64,000 nt of DNA from Naegleria gruberi (lineage: Eukaryota): the NCBI GenBank assembly GCA_000004985.1, contig GG738874.1; one strand, 5' to 3'. The position numbers and the translations under genes were made by a program. Shown piece after piece: positions 45,201-57,043 of the stretch; within the stretch, counting starts at the first letter, position 1; each line of letters opens with the position of its first letter. Under the pieces are notes generated by a model that was given only the letters and a program-made list of their open reading frames with translations, was not told the DNA's origin and searched no databases.

Positions 45201-47802
45201 CCTAACACCAACCATGTATGATGAGTTCCATGAAAGATACTACCCAATGCTGACACCTGAAATATCATCTGGAAGCGAAATTATATTATACAATTCTACC
45301 AAGGCAGTCAATATTTCAATTGCTGATATTACCAACTTGGTAATCAAGTACTCTGAAGACTTGATAAGAACTCGTGATTCAGATCATACGTTTACTAATT
45401 ATGGCTTTATGTTCTTTTATGATAACCATGATTACATTACCAAAGCTTTTAGCCAATTTTGCTCTGTTCTTATTGATGAATCCAAACATGAAGCTTCACA
45501 GGTAGATATCGCTTATATGGCCTTCCTTATTGTAGCCCTTGTGGTTTATCTTCTCTACGGAACTGGTTATATCATTTACACTCACATTTCCCTTAAATTT
45601 GTCAAGTCACAAATCAAACTCATTGAGCATGAAATTTCTAAAAACATAGCTGGTCGTTTATTCCATGATTTAGAAAAGAAAGTGAGTGATGACGTAACTG
45701 TTCGTCTTCCAAAATCCAAGTTATTGAGACCAAAGAATATCATTATCATGCTGAGTATTTCATTAATGATTTTAATGGCCGTATGTGCTGGATTGCTTTA
45801 CTTTGGAAATAGATACAATGCAGAAAAGATTGCTTCCTCTTTTATTTCATTTAGACATGCCACAAACAGTATGTTTTATGTCCAGAGAATAGCCTTTGCT
45901 GTCACTGAACAATTTACAAATAAGGTTTTGGGAGGTTCATTGCAATCAAGTGAAGAACTATATTTAATGAACCAAGATTTAGAGGAGAATGTTCAAAGTC
46001 TGAGAGAGAACTGGAATTTGTGTTTATACGGTGACTCAAAAGAAGTTTATACCTCCATAATGAATAGAGGAATTTTAGGCCTGTTTTCTGAAGTAGATAA
46101 TCTAATAATTGGAGAATCTAACTGTACATTCTCAGAATTCAGGTATTCATATAATGTTTCTTCAAAATGTTTCCTTAGTTTGAATTCTCTCCTCACCGAT
46201 TACATGTCTTTGTCTACTCAGTTCAACAGTGTGTTAAAAGTCAAAAATATCAATAGCAGTGACATGGACATTGTGGATCAGTATGCTCAAGCTACATTCC
46301 TCTCCAATATGATAACAATGGATGTAGTCGAGATTTCCTCTGTAATTTCAGAAAATTACTCTAACCCAGCTTTTGAAATATTGATCACTTTCTCTATTGT
46401 TGGATCTGTGTCCATTTTGCTATTCTCGTACTTGATACATTTGTATCTTACAAAATATTGGAATTCCATTCAAGAAATGAGATTATATTTCAATTATATC
46501 AGTGTGGAAACACTTGATTCAAATGAAGCATTGAGAAATTATTGTATCCACCATTTGGTTAATGACACCTTCTTGCTAAAGAGGAGAAATATGAACAATA
46601 CATCCCTTCAAGATTCCAAAGTGAGAAGCTTATTGAACGCTTCAGTAGATGGTGCAGTCATGTGTTCTGGGCAAACCTGTGATATTGATATTTTCAATCC
46701 TGCTGCTCAAAGAATGTTTGGTTACAATCAAACTGAAACTGTGGGAAGGCCACTTTTTGATTTGTTTGATTCGTTGAGTCAGCAATCTATTAGGAAAATG
46801 GTATCAGATATGCTTCAAGGGGCTTCTGAAGCTCAATCAAAAGGAGATGCTCTCGATGCTGAATGTGTAAGAAAGAATCAAACAACTTTCCCTGCAAGAG
46901 CCAATATTTTCCTAACCAAACATGATAACAAACCAATCATTACCATATTTATCAAGGATATAACATCAGAGAAGAAACATTTAGCCCTCATTGCTGAAGA
47001 AAAGAAGCACTCTGAAGAACTGTTATTGAACATTTTGCCTGATGCTGTGGCTTCTAAACTCAAATCTGGTGAAACATTTATTGCAGAAAAGTTTGCTGAT
47101 ATCACTTGCTTCTTTTCTGACATGGTAAACTTTACAAGAATTAGTTCTGACATGAATCCTTCTGAGCTAGTTTTGATGTTGAATTTTATTGTAAATGGTT
47201 TTGATGAATTGATAACCAAGTATAATTTAGAAAAGATCAAGACCATTGGTGATGCTTATTTTGCTGTTGGAGGTCTTCATGGTCTGAATGCACAATCAGA
47301 TCACCCCGAAAGAACTCTTAAATTTGCAATTGATACCTACCAAGTTGTCTCCAATTATAATTCCAAGAGTGGAAAACCAATGAGAGAACAAATTAACATT
47401 AGAATTGGAATGCACACTGGAAGTGTTGTGGCAGGAGTTATTGGAAAACTCAAGTTCGCTTACGATTTATGGGGAGATACTATCAACATGGCATCAAGAA
47501 TGGAATCGAATTCAGTGAATGGAAGGATTCAAATTAGTAGAACGACCTATGAAAGAGTGTATGATCTTGGTTTTTCATTTGAAGAGAGAACGATCAATGT
47601 TAAGGGAAAGGGAGAAACTTTAGCTTATTTGTTAGATTCCAAACATCATACCTCAGCTATTGTTAATCATGAGGTGATTGAAGACAGTGAGGAGATTGAA
47701 TCGGTTGTCTTACCTCCAAGGGACACTCTTGAAGTTATTCCACTGAGAGAATCAGCTTCCAATCACACAGACCTTGTAGATTTAGCTCCCTCCACTCCTT
47801 AA
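42291..47802 (+). CDS. Receptor-type adenylate/guanylate cyclase, copy 2 (paralog of 5..5110). N/S/Q-rich N-terminus, multi-TM region, PAS domain, cyclase domain. No introns at the positions where copy 1 has them. There is an apparent +1 frameshift near 42950.
   Basis: A 1622-aa ORF (42934..47802) with PAS motif NASVDGAVMCSGQTCDIDIFNPAAQRMFGY and cyclase motifs FFSDMVNFT, KIKTIGDAYF, GDTINMASRMES. About 65% identity to copy 1 across the catalytic domain. The upstream ORF 42291..43100 (frame 0, true ATG) ends in TM-like sequence (MIWVGIWIST) that resembles copy 1's MIGVSSICIT. It overlaps the main ORF (frame 1) around 42934-42960. Confidence 0.75.
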
Positions 47803-47882
47803 TGCTAACACTCGGAAGAGTTGGAATGCTTTATGAATTAGCATTTGCTTTTAAAAGTTTGATTTATTATCAGAGAGCGTGT

Positions 47883-49330
47883 TTAGAAAAGTGTAGCCAA
47901 AACAAAAAGTACCATAAAGCTTAACATTCCAATCATGTTACTTGATGGAGCCGCATTTCTTGCTGGCAAAATGGCAGAATCATAGACAGAGTATGAGCTC
48001 AAACTGACACCATCCATATCACCCTTTGTGGCAATTCCAGCATCAACCCATGATTTTCTGAGACATGAATAGTATTTGCTGTAGGCATATCTACATCTAG
48101 TAAATAATGAGCTGTCCTCATCAACATATTGATATGAATCAGTTCCAACCATATCAGAACTTGCTGAGACACCCAAATTATAGATACATGCATATACATC
48201 ATAAAAAGACCCGTAACACTTGGCAGCACATTTTCCACCACTTGTTGAGCTAATTGCCTTTCCACCACATGCACAATAACTTCCTGTAGGACAAGAAACT
48301 GTATCAGAGCATTTCAAACCAGACGCATCAGCACATTTACCCTCAGAGGAACAGTAAGCACTGTAACATTCTGTATCCTTCTTACAACTTCCACCCAATG
48401 AAGTTCCATAAAGTCTTTTACACTTATTATCAATACAATCAACCATACCTGAGCTAGTGTAGGCGCAATCACTTGCAACAATACAGAATTCACCATAGGT
48501 AGCAATTCTTTGACAGGTGGTTGAAGTATCACCATTAGAAACTTGACGACAAACCAATCCAGAAACACAAGGAACGAAATCAGAACTAATTGCAGATTTA
48601 ACACAAGGTTGACTATATTGAATTTGCTCAACACAAGTAGCAATAGTCAATGAAGTATATTTACAATACAATCCATTATCACACACAACCTTCTTTGAAG
48701 TATCAGACAATGCACAATTTTCTCCTTTTTTAGCAATAACTTTTTGAATACATTTACTGGTACCTAAAATACCAGAGCAAACACCATCACTATAAAGAAG
48801 AAGAAATTACAACACCATTCTAACAACCACACAAAAACAAAGAATATAACTTACTTATTACAATCATAGAAAGTCTTGGAATTTGAACCAGAATCTTCAA
48901 ATTGACAATTTTCACCAACTCGTCTCGATTTCTCATATCCATAATAAGTACACTTGCTATTGATACATTTTGGACCGTATAATTGTGCAACATTTGCTGA
49001 AGGAAGACTTTCTCCAAGACACTGACTATCACTCACACACGAATCTCCAACCATTCTAAACTTTGGAGTACATTTCTGATTATAACAATCCATGGAACCA
49101 AAGATACAATCCTTGCTAGTGATACAAGTAGTACTCGATCTCTTTTCCTTGTATAAAGTTGAGAATAAATTACACTTGTTATTGTAATTGACCCAGGCAA
49201 CTGGACATTGTCCACTAGTTGGAATGTAGGTTTCAGTTTCAACGTACAAGTTGCTGGTACATGATTCTTGCACGGAGAGTGATACTAGGCAGAGCAGAGC
49301 TGCTATTGTGAAAAGATGGAGTGTTGACAT
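47883..49330 (-). CDS. Secreted modular Cys-rich protein with a signal peptide and a C-terminal hydrophobic anchor (GPI/TM). Exons 49330..48855, 48789..47883.
   Basis: ATG at 49330 (MSTLHLFTIAALLCLVSLSVQ). Intron 48790..48854 (gtaagt...tttatag) joins ...TFYDCN|NDGVCSGILG... in frame. There are repeated units ending in DC(Y/I)(N/D)(Q/N)KC. Many Cys throughout. C-terminus MIGMLSFMVLFVLATLF. Confidence 0.55.
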
Positions 49331-49850
49331 TTTTTTTTTGTTAAATAAAAAGACTTGCTTGACATGATGACATTTTGAGTTCAATATATATCATAGAATA
49401 GTAAAATGGAGGGTGTTAGGGATATTTGAAGGTCATGAGACTTTTTTTGATTGTTTGTCGTTAGAAAAGGTAACCCAAGATTCGAATCGAATTTACAAAC
49501 TCTTTCTGTTACTCACTGTGAGAATTGAATTTACAGTTTTTGTTGAAGCAAATTTTCTTGACAATGAATACCAACTACGATTAAGTTGCAGATGAAGAAG
49601 GATGACCTTGTGGAATTTTATTTCAAAAAAAAATTAGCACAAATTAGGGAACTTGCTTGGAATATTTCTATAAAAATGGTGTAGAATTAAACTCCAAGAA
49701 TATGATTTTGAATCCATTCCTTATATTATTTCAAAACATTTCACATTGTGTGAAGTATTTTGGAACTTTTAAGAACTGTCATCCATCATCAGATGATAAA
49801 AAAATTAAAAATCAAATCAAAAAAATAACAATAATCTGTAAAACAACAAA

Positions 49851-51737
49851 ATGAATTTCGATACTGAATTTTCCCTTTTATTTGCAGAATTAATTCAAAA
49901 GATGCGTGAAATTGACTGTGATATCTACAAGGTTGATGACACCAGACAACCCAATGAAGGTAAAATTCCCATTCACCAAGTTGATTCCACACTCATGAAT
50001 ATTTCCTACAAGATGAGAGATGAAAACATTTCCAACTATCAGAAAATGACATTTGTAGCATCAATGGCCAATTCCAATGTTGAATTATTGTTTACTTTCT
50101 TTCAGGGAGGAAAACCAGGATCACATCCAGGATACATGTCATCGAATATGATGTGGAGTTTATTTAGAGATGTTTTGGTGGGGGCAAAGAAGAGTCCTTC
50201 GATTACTGATGGTGGAATTATGTTATTTGCAATGGTTAGTTCAATGTTGAGCTATTCAACTGATCGATTTATTTATCATTTTCCTGAGGTTTTGTTTGAT
50301 TTGATTTTGGCACCTCCTCGTGTGATAAAATCAGGAACCACAACTGAGTTTTCTAAATTTGCACTCAGTGATGATATTGCACGTATGTATGAAGTGGAAA
50401 ATGCAATTGGTTTGGGAAATTCCATTGCACAGAATATCATTTCCTGGTATCAAATTGCTTTGGAAAATAAGAAGGAGAAGGCAACAATATTCTCATGTGA
50501 TGTGGAAACTTTTGAAATGATTTTGAAATTGACAAGAGATCGTATTTTCATCTTTGTTGTGGAAAATTTAAAGAGATGTAAGAATGATAGAATGATGTCT
50601 GGAGTCTTTTTGGACTCGTTCAATGATTTGATGGGTACAATGAGATTGAATGAGAGAGAGGATTTCCTGTTGGGTATTAATGTTGAGAGAAGCTTTGAGG
50701 AGTCCAAAGGTTCGAGTTTCTCTGAGGAAGTTGAGGGAAGAATGTCCTTTTTGAAACACGTTTTCATGAGTGATCAGAATACAAGAGAAGAACATGTTAA
50801 TTTTATTATTGAAACATTTTCTAATCATCCATCGAAGAAGATTAGAGATACCATTACAACGGTATTGGGTCAACATTTGGTTAGAAAGATTAAGAAACGT
50901 ATTCAGGAGAAGAAATTGAGTGAATTGAAAGCAAGCTCACTCTCTCATCAAACAGAATCCAATCAAGAGGAATATTTGCTCTTAATTTGTGAATTTGGTG
51001 GCAGGAAGAGAAAATTCATCCTCGACAATGTTCACTCCGTTGTAGATGTGCAGGAATATTTAACAAAGGCCTACACTGAGAGAAAGAGAAACTCTGAGGC
51101 CATTTCTACAAAGGAAGACCAAGAAAAAATTGTTTCCAATTCATTGCAATTGTTCTTGCCAGCCAACCAGCTTAAAGTTGAAGAAGGAGCAACCCCTGTA
51201 GGAGATTGGGTTGACTTGGACGATTTTAACGTGTTGCAACTTTCATACAGAGATATCAACACAAAGAAAGTCCTCTCTGAAAAGATCAATCAATTGAAAT
51301 TTGTTAAGAAAGTCACCACTAAGGAGAGTACCACCAAGAACAGCTCACTGGAAGGAGGTTCCTTTGTTTCCAACTCTTTCGTTCCATCAACATTCGAAGA
51401 GGATGAAAGTGCTCTTGCCACTAAGGGAAGTGCTGGTTTCACACAAGCTCAACAATTCTCAGGAGAAAAGACCAATTCATTATTGCCATCATCCTCTGGA
51501 GCATCAAGTCTCAACTCTGGTAAGATATCTGCATTAGATAGTGCCTATTCAGCCGAAGTTAAACCACAAGGAACTAGTGAGATGAGTGGAGTAGAAATGA
51601 GTGGCATTGAAATTAGCAGTATTGATGGAATTTCAGTTTTGGAAGATTCACAACCTCCTCAATTCTCAACCATTGAGGGAATGTCCTATGTGGAAGGAGG
51701 TGCCAATTACTTCTCTTCGGATGATGAACAAGATTAA
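49851..51737 (+). CDS. Hypothetical protein (628 aa) with a central ubiquitin-like/Ras-binding-like segment and an acidic Ser-rich tail
   Basis: A continuous ORF with a true ATG. The segment KFILDNVHSVVDVQEYLTKAY...LQLFLPANQLKVEEGATPVGDWVDLDDFNVLQLSY resembles a beta-grasp (RA/RBD-like) fold. No confident family assignment. Confidence 0.4.
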   Translation: MNFDTEFSLLFAELIQKMREIDCDIYKVDDTRQPNEGKIPIHQVDSTLMNISYKMRDENISNYQKMTFVASMANSNVELLFTFFQGGKPGSHPGYMSSNMMWSLFRDVLVGAKKSPSITDGGIMLFAMVSSMLSYSTDRFIYHFPEVLFDLILAPPRVIKSGTTTEFSKFALSDDIARMYEVENAIGLGNSIAQNIISWYQIALENKKEKATIFSCDVETFEMILKLTRDRIFIFVVENLKRCKNDRMMSGVFLDSFNDLMGTMRLNEREDFLLGINVERSFEESKGSSFSEEVEGRMSFLKHVFMSDQNTREEHVNFIIETFSNHPSKKIRDTITTVLGQHLVRKIKKRIQEKKLSELKASSLSHQTESNQEEYLLLICEFGGRKRKFILDNVHSVVDVQEYLTKAYTERKRNSEAISTKEDQEKIVSNSLQLFLPANQLKVEEGATPVGDWVDLDDFNVLQLSYRDINTKKVLSEKINQLKFVKKVTTKESTTKNSSLEGGSFVSNSFVPSTFEEDESALATKGSAGFTQAQQFSGEKTNSLLPSSSGASSLNSGKISALDSAYSAEVKPQGTSEMSGVEMSGIEISSIDGISVLEDSQPPQFSTIEGMSYVEGGANYFSSDDEQD

Positions 51738-52018
51738 CATTCAATAAAAGTAAGCTTTCCCTAATCAAGATTACAATATCTGAGTTTTGACCTTTTCATG
51801 ATATGAAGAGGTGTAAAGGGAATGAAATTTCCAAACAAGGATGACCGTAACTATTACACTGGGCATGCTCAATAGAAAAATCAATTCACGCATTTTTTAC
51901 AAAAAGATCTTTAAGGATTTAGGGCGTGCAGTAATTGCCAAGATTTAGAACTTTGTAAAAAAAACAATAGATCATTAATCTTTATAATTTACAAGATAGT
52001 CTGACTTTTTACAATAAC

Positions 52019-52795
52019 TTATGGAGCTCCTTCAAGAGTGAGCATTGAAAGAGGATACATTGGTTTTCCTTCATGAACATATTTAAACCATTGGAATGGT
52101 TCCATTCCTCTCAGTTTCTTTGTTCTCTTCTGGAGAAAATCATTTTCAAATTCCTCATATGAAAACCATTTAGCACATACACTTTCAAAATCAGGAATTG
52201 ATTTCAAAACTGGATCTTCTTCCAATGGTTCAGCATAGAAAATGACTCTTGATCTAGCACCTCCATCGTGATAAGGAGAATACTCAAATCTCAAAATATT
52301 TTTCAATTCGACATGAATTCCAGCTTCTTCCAAAGTTTCTCTCAGAGCTGCTTGTTGGAAAGTTTCACCAGGATCCACTCTACCAGCTGGTAACCACCAA
52401 CCCTGTGAACAGCCCTCCTCAACCAATAGGAATTTACCACTCACTGGATTTCTAATAATCACCAAAGCAAAAGAATAGGTTGGCTTTAAAGAATTCTGAT
52501 AATCGATTTCATCCTTCTTTCGTTGTTCTGGTGTAGCCTTAAAACCATGCTCATTGTAAATGTGAGTCGAGAATCCCCATTGCCTAGATCCCTTCAATGA
52601 GTCATCAAGATCCCTCTTGAGACAAATTGGACAAACCTGTTTGGTATTCTCTCTGCAGTGGACTTGCAAACAGTGAGTAATTAATTCATCTTCGGAAAAT
52701 GTCTGACCAGAATGAGTGCAAGATTCATAGGAACATTTGAATCTTTCTGGTTGTTGAGTGAGGCCTTTGGTTTTGTTCATGAGTGATGAAAACAT
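52019..52795 (-). CDS. Nudix hydrolase with an N-terminal C2H2-like zinc-finger region
   Basis: Nudix box GRVDPGETFQQAALRETLEEAGI. The N-terminus carries paired Cys/His: FKCSYESCTHSGQTFSEDELITHCLQVHC and VCPICLKRDL...HIYNEHG. True ATG at 52795. Confidence 0.72.
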   Translation of the reverse strand: MFSSLMNKTKGLTQQPERFKCSYESCTHSGQTFSEDELITHCLQVHCRENTKQVCPICLKRDLDDSLKGSRQWGFSTHIYNEHGFKATPEQRKKDEIDYQNSLKPTYSFALVIIRNPVSGKFLLVEEGCSQGWWLPAGRVDPGETFQQAALRETLEEAGIHVELKNILRFEYSPYHDGGARSRVIFYAEPLEEDPVLKSIPDFESVCAKWFSYEEFENDFLQKRTKKLRGMEPFQWFKYVHEGKPMYPLSMLTLEGAP

Positions 52796-53198
52796 TTTTT
52801 TAATTGATTTGTTTTTAATAATTGTCTTCTAGGGTTTGATAATAATAAACGAATTGATGTTGTTCCAAGTTCAATGTTTGAGGAACTTTAAGAAATTGAT
52901 GAAAAATATGAAATTTCAAAACCTGAAAAAACTGTTAAAATTCAGTTAAAATTAGAATCATTCTATCGCGATTATTATTAAGGTATGATTACAAAAGTAT
53001 CACGTGGAGAAGAAAATAATTTTCGATTGATCAAGTCATCATAATGACCATTCATGGAAAAGTTTCAAAAAATTGTCTAGATTGATACTTGATTATTTGC
53101 TTTTTAATTCTCTCTCTGATCATCATACAATTTTAATATTAATTGAAACTGACAAATTGTGTGATATATATCCAATATAAATTAAATTATAATACAAC

Positions 53199-54317
53199 AT
53201 GGAACGTGATGATGAAAAAATCCCTTCCGAAGTGTGGCAACATCTCATCTTTCCCTTCATTGATGGGTTTTCATTGATGAGAGGATGTTTTTATGTTTCA
53301 AAGAATTGGTCACTGATGGTTTCAGAGATGAGGAATTGCAGTTTAATTGTAGATAAGAAGAATGTGCATAATCGAATCTTGAAAAGAATTTGTAATCATT
53401 TGCCAATCATGCATGTTACCGCTTTGGATATGTCATACAATATTTTCGATAAGAATAGCATTGAAACTTTGAAGAATGGAAAGAATCTGAAATTGGAACA
53501 ATTGAATTCCTTGCATTTGGTGTATAATAATATAGGATTGGAAGTATTAACCCCATTGTTGGAATGCAATGTATTGAATAATTTAACTCGATTGAATTTG
53601 GACTCTAATATTGTACATGATGGCCTGAAATACTTGTTGGAGTGTAAAAATTTGAGAAATTTAGAATATCTAATTGTGAAGAACAATGCCATGACCAATA
53701 TTCGTAAAACACAAATAGAATCAAATAATAATTTTCCAAAATTGACCTACCTGGATATTTCCTCAAATACCATTGGAGCATATGGTACCAAACTTTTATC
53801 AGATTCTGGAATACTCAATAATTTACAAACACTCAATATTTCATACAATTTACTAAGAAATGGTGCCAAGTATTTGGGTAGAAATTCTACATTTATGGAG
53901 AACGTCACCCACTTGGACTTGAGTAATAACAATTTGAAAGTGGAAGGATTAACACAACTACTTAAATTTCTCAAATCTAGCAAACTGAAGATACTAAACC
54001 TCTCAAACAATAATATTGGAAATGATGGAATTTCAAAATTAATCGAGTGCACTCATTTAAAGAGTTTGGAAAAACTATCACTCATTGAAAATGATATTGG
54101 TGCTCAAGGAGTTAACCTACTTGCCAATACACCATTCGAAAATCTGACCTTCCTCAATCTGAATAGAAATCCAATCAGCCACAATTCAAGAAATCTCTTT
54201 CAACCAAACAATTTTCCCAAGCTCAAAGAAATCAAACTTTCCAAAGAAGTTGCGATAAAACAAGCTTCAAATTATGAATCCTATGCATTCATTTATTCAA
54301 GAAATAAATACCGATAG
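53199..54317 (+). CDS. Leucine-rich-repeat protein (RNI-like LRRs)
   Basis: 372 aa. About 10 tandem 24-28-aa repeats of the form L..L.L..N.I...G...L. Confidence 0.7.
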   Translation: MERDDEKIPSEVWQHLIFPFIDGFSLMRGCFYVSKNWSLMVSEMRNCSLIVDKKNVHNRILKRICNHLPIMHVTALDMSYNIFDKNSIETLKNGKNLKLEQLNSLHLVYNNIGLEVLTPLLECNVLNNLTRLNLDSNIVHDGLKYLLECKNLRNLEYLIVKNNAMTNIRKTQIESNNNFPKLTYLDISSNTIGAYGTKLLSDSGILNNLQTLNISYNLLRNGAKYLGRNSTFMENVTHLDLSNNNLKVEGLTQLLKFLKSSKLKILNLSNNNIGNDGISKLIECTHLKSLEKLSLIENDIGAQGVNLLANTPFENLTFLNLNRNPISHNSRNLFQPNNFPKLKEIKLSKEVAIKQASNYESYAFIYSRNKYR

Positions 54318-55043
54318 CATTTCTTCTATTTGAGTATTCTCTTGTTTTTTCCAAATCAAAACCTGAATTTATTGAGAATCACTTTTACCGCCAAAATTAT
54401 TAAAGAATCAAGTGAAAAGAAAAATTGCAACAACTCATCATCACCAGGTTGTGCTGTTTTTATAATGCTGCTATCCTGAAGATCTGTAGCGTTGACCATT
54501 ATGAATTTAAATTATGGAAAGCAATATCACATTCATCACAATGTAATCTATTCATTATCCGTCTTATAAAGGATAACAATCAAGCCAAGTTTGTGGTTTG
54601 AACAAAAACAACAAGATAACAATGATAACCAATAACATCAAGCCGATTAACATTTTCGATACGCAGTATTAATTTCATCAGCAAAAACCTTTTGTGGCAT
54701 ATTGACCACAATATCGGTCCAACAAACAGTTGTTTATCATTTAAAATTTACACTAAATATAATTGTTGATACAATCCGTGCTCTGTGCTCAGTACAGAGG
54801 AGCATATTGTATATTGTACAGCGTAATAACAATTAACCACATAACGCACTTAGTTATTGTGTCTACTACAACTCATCATCTTTTTCTCTGGTTCAACTTG
54901 CTTGCATTGAATTTGCCCATAACAAGAAAAAAAATTACTTGTCTCTAACGAAAAACCGGTTGTTAATCGACAATCATCATAATTGTATTTTCATCATCAA
55001 CCTAACGAAATTTTCGTTCATCAATTTAGACGAATATAATACA

Positions 55044-56765
55044 ATGTTTGATCCTAGCGATATGAGCAATATTCCTCTTGCTGGGACAGTTTATCCAACA
55101 GAAGAAGAATTTAAAAATCCAATAGAATATCTTGAATCTGTAAGACATTTAGGAGAAAAGTATGGTATTCTTAAAATTGTACCACCTGAAAAGTATAAAT
55201 TAGACCCTGCTGAAGACTTTGACGACCTTCAGGTAAAAGCCAATGCTTTTAAATTTATTTGCAAAATACAGAATATTAACCAACTTCAATTCAGAAATAA
55301 GAAACAAAAGTTAGAATTTGAAAATAATATTAAATCGGAGGTGGATGAATCATCATCTTTAGAAAATTCATTAAAGAGAAAAGCTGAAAATCTTTCAGAT
55401 TCGCCACAGAAAAGACTTAAAGATAACTCTGACAAATCCTTCAAACCAATAATTACATCTATGGGTGGTGATGATAGTTTTGGCTTTGAAAGAACCAAGA
55501 AGGAAATATCTCTTAAGAAATACAAGGAAATGGCTGATGAATTTTCAAGACGTCATCTCAAGTCTATACAGAAACAATTATCCCCTTCCTCACCTGAAGA
55601 GAAGAGACTCAAGACTTGTGAAAATGCAAAATCATCGACAAACTCTTCCAATCTTGATATGACTAGTCTTAGTGATGATGAAATTGAAAAAGAATATTGG
55701 AGAATTGTGAATAATCACGAAGAAACTGTAACTGTACAATATGGAAACGATTTACCTGTTTCTGATTATCAAACCTTTTTCCCAGCCAGTTGGAAACAAG
55801 GATGGGATGCAAATTTATTGCCTAAACTTCCTGATTCACTGCTATCTTTCCTTAATATTGATATTCCTGGTGTGAATACTCCAATGTTATATGTTGGTAT
55901 GCTTTTCAGTTCTTTCTGTTGGCATGTTGAAGATCATTTCATGTATGCCATGAATTTTATACATCACGGTGCTCCAAAACAATGGTATGGTATTCCAGCA
56001 TCAGGGGCAGATAAGTTTGAAGAGGTGTTTCGTAGAATGTTCCCTAATCTCATGGATGGGCAGCCTGCTATTTTACACATGCTTGTAACACAAATAAGCC
56101 CAGCCATTCTTGCACGCGAAGGTGTTCCTGTCTATAGAATTGTACATGAACCTGGTACTTTTATCATTACATTCCCTAGAGCTTACCATGCTGGCTTCAA
56201 TCAAGGTTTTAATATTGCCGAATCTGTAAACTTTACCTCAACATCATGGCTTCCTTATAACCGTTTGGCTCTTTCCAAATATTATGAATGCAAGAGAGCA
56301 ACCACTTTCCCTTACGAACATCTAATTCTCTCAGCTGTTACATCGATAATTTCTGGCAAGTCCAACCCTTCAACTTCTAAATACACATTTTCAACACGAG
56401 AATCACTCAAAGATGAGTTATCATACATTTCAAAGGATGAGAAGGAATTAAGAGAATGTTTAGCAGCACTCCTAACAGATAAAACGCCAAGACAAATGCC
56501 ACAAATATCAAATAGAAATATTGAAAAGTTAAGAACATGCTCCAAGAAGGATAATAACATCAGATGTTGTCAATGCAATTCTGATTGTTACATATCTGCT
56601 GCTGTTCTTAAAGGAAGAAAGAAGGAAGATAACTTTTGTTTAAGGTGCGCCATAGAAAAGGCAAAAGAAAGTGAAGACTTTGCTAAGAAATGTTACATGA
56701 TTGAAAGAATGACTTTGAAAGATTTAGAAATCTTGATAGAAAAGTTCGAAAAGGTGTTAGCTTGA
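55044..56765 (+). CDS. JmjN + JmjC domain histone lysine demethylase (KDM4/KDM5-like) with a C-terminal C5HC2-type zinc finger
   Basis: JmjN: TVYPTEEEFKNPIEYLESVRHLGEKYGILKIVPP. JmjC Fe(II)/2-OG site: MLYVGMLFSSFCWHVEDHFMYAMNFIHHGAPKQWYGIP...TFITFPRAYHAGFNQGFN. The C-terminus has CCQCNSDCY...FCLRC. The track start at 54939 is a TTG; the first ATG is at 55044. Confidence 0.8.
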   Translation: MFDPSDMSNIPLAGTVYPTEEEFKNPIEYLESVRHLGEKYGILKIVPPEKYKLDPAEDFDDLQVKANAFKFICKIQNINQLQFRNKKQKLEFENNIKSEVDESSSLENSLKRKAENLSDSPQKRLKDNSDKSFKPIITSMGGDDSFGFERTKKEISLKKYKEMADEFSRRHLKSIQKQLSPSSPEEKRLKTCENAKSSTNSSNLDMTSLSDDEIEKEYWRIVNNHEETVTVQYGNDLPVSDYQTFFPASWKQGWDANLLPKLPDSLLSFLNIDIPGVNTPMLYVGMLFSSFCWHVEDHFMYAMNFIHHGAPKQWYGIPASGADKFEEVFRRMFPNLMDGQPAILHMLVTQISPAILAREGVPVYRIVHEPGTFIITFPRAYHAGFNQGFNIAESVNFTSTSWLPYNRLALSKYYECKRATTFPYEHLILSAVTSIISGKSNPSTSKYTFSTRESLKDELSYISKDEKELRECLAALLTDKTPRQMPQISNRNIEKLRTCSKKDNNIRCCQCNSDCYISAAVLKGRKKEDNFCLRCAIEKAKESEDFAKKCYMIERMTLKDLEILIEKFEKVLA

Positions 56766-56886
56766 AAATAAATAGCTGCCAGATTCGAAAAACCAGTTAA
56801 TATGGGTCTGTAGTAAACACAGGTTATTCTAATTTTTATCTAAATATAATTTAACATAATGAGTATATTTTCAATATGAATAAGAT

Positions 56887-56958
56887 TCCCGTGTAGTCCA
56901 ATGGCTAGGATACCTGGCTTTCACCCAGGAGGTCCGGGTTCAATTCCCGGCATGGGAG
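56887..56958 (+). tRNA. tRNA-Glu (anticodon TTC)
   Basis: Sequence TCCCGTGTAGTCCAATGGCTAGGATACCTGGCTTTCACCCAGGAGGTCCGGGTTCAATTCCCGGCATGGGAG. Acceptor TCCCGTG/CATGGGA. Anticodon stem CCTGG/CCAGG with loop CTTTCAC. T-arm GGGTTCAATTCCC. Confidence 0.8.
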
Positions 56959-57043
56959 GATAATTTTGCATTCAATAATAATTTAAGTTAATAAATATTT
57001 CTAACTTTATTTACAGGTAATAGAGAAAAATTTGTTAACTATT

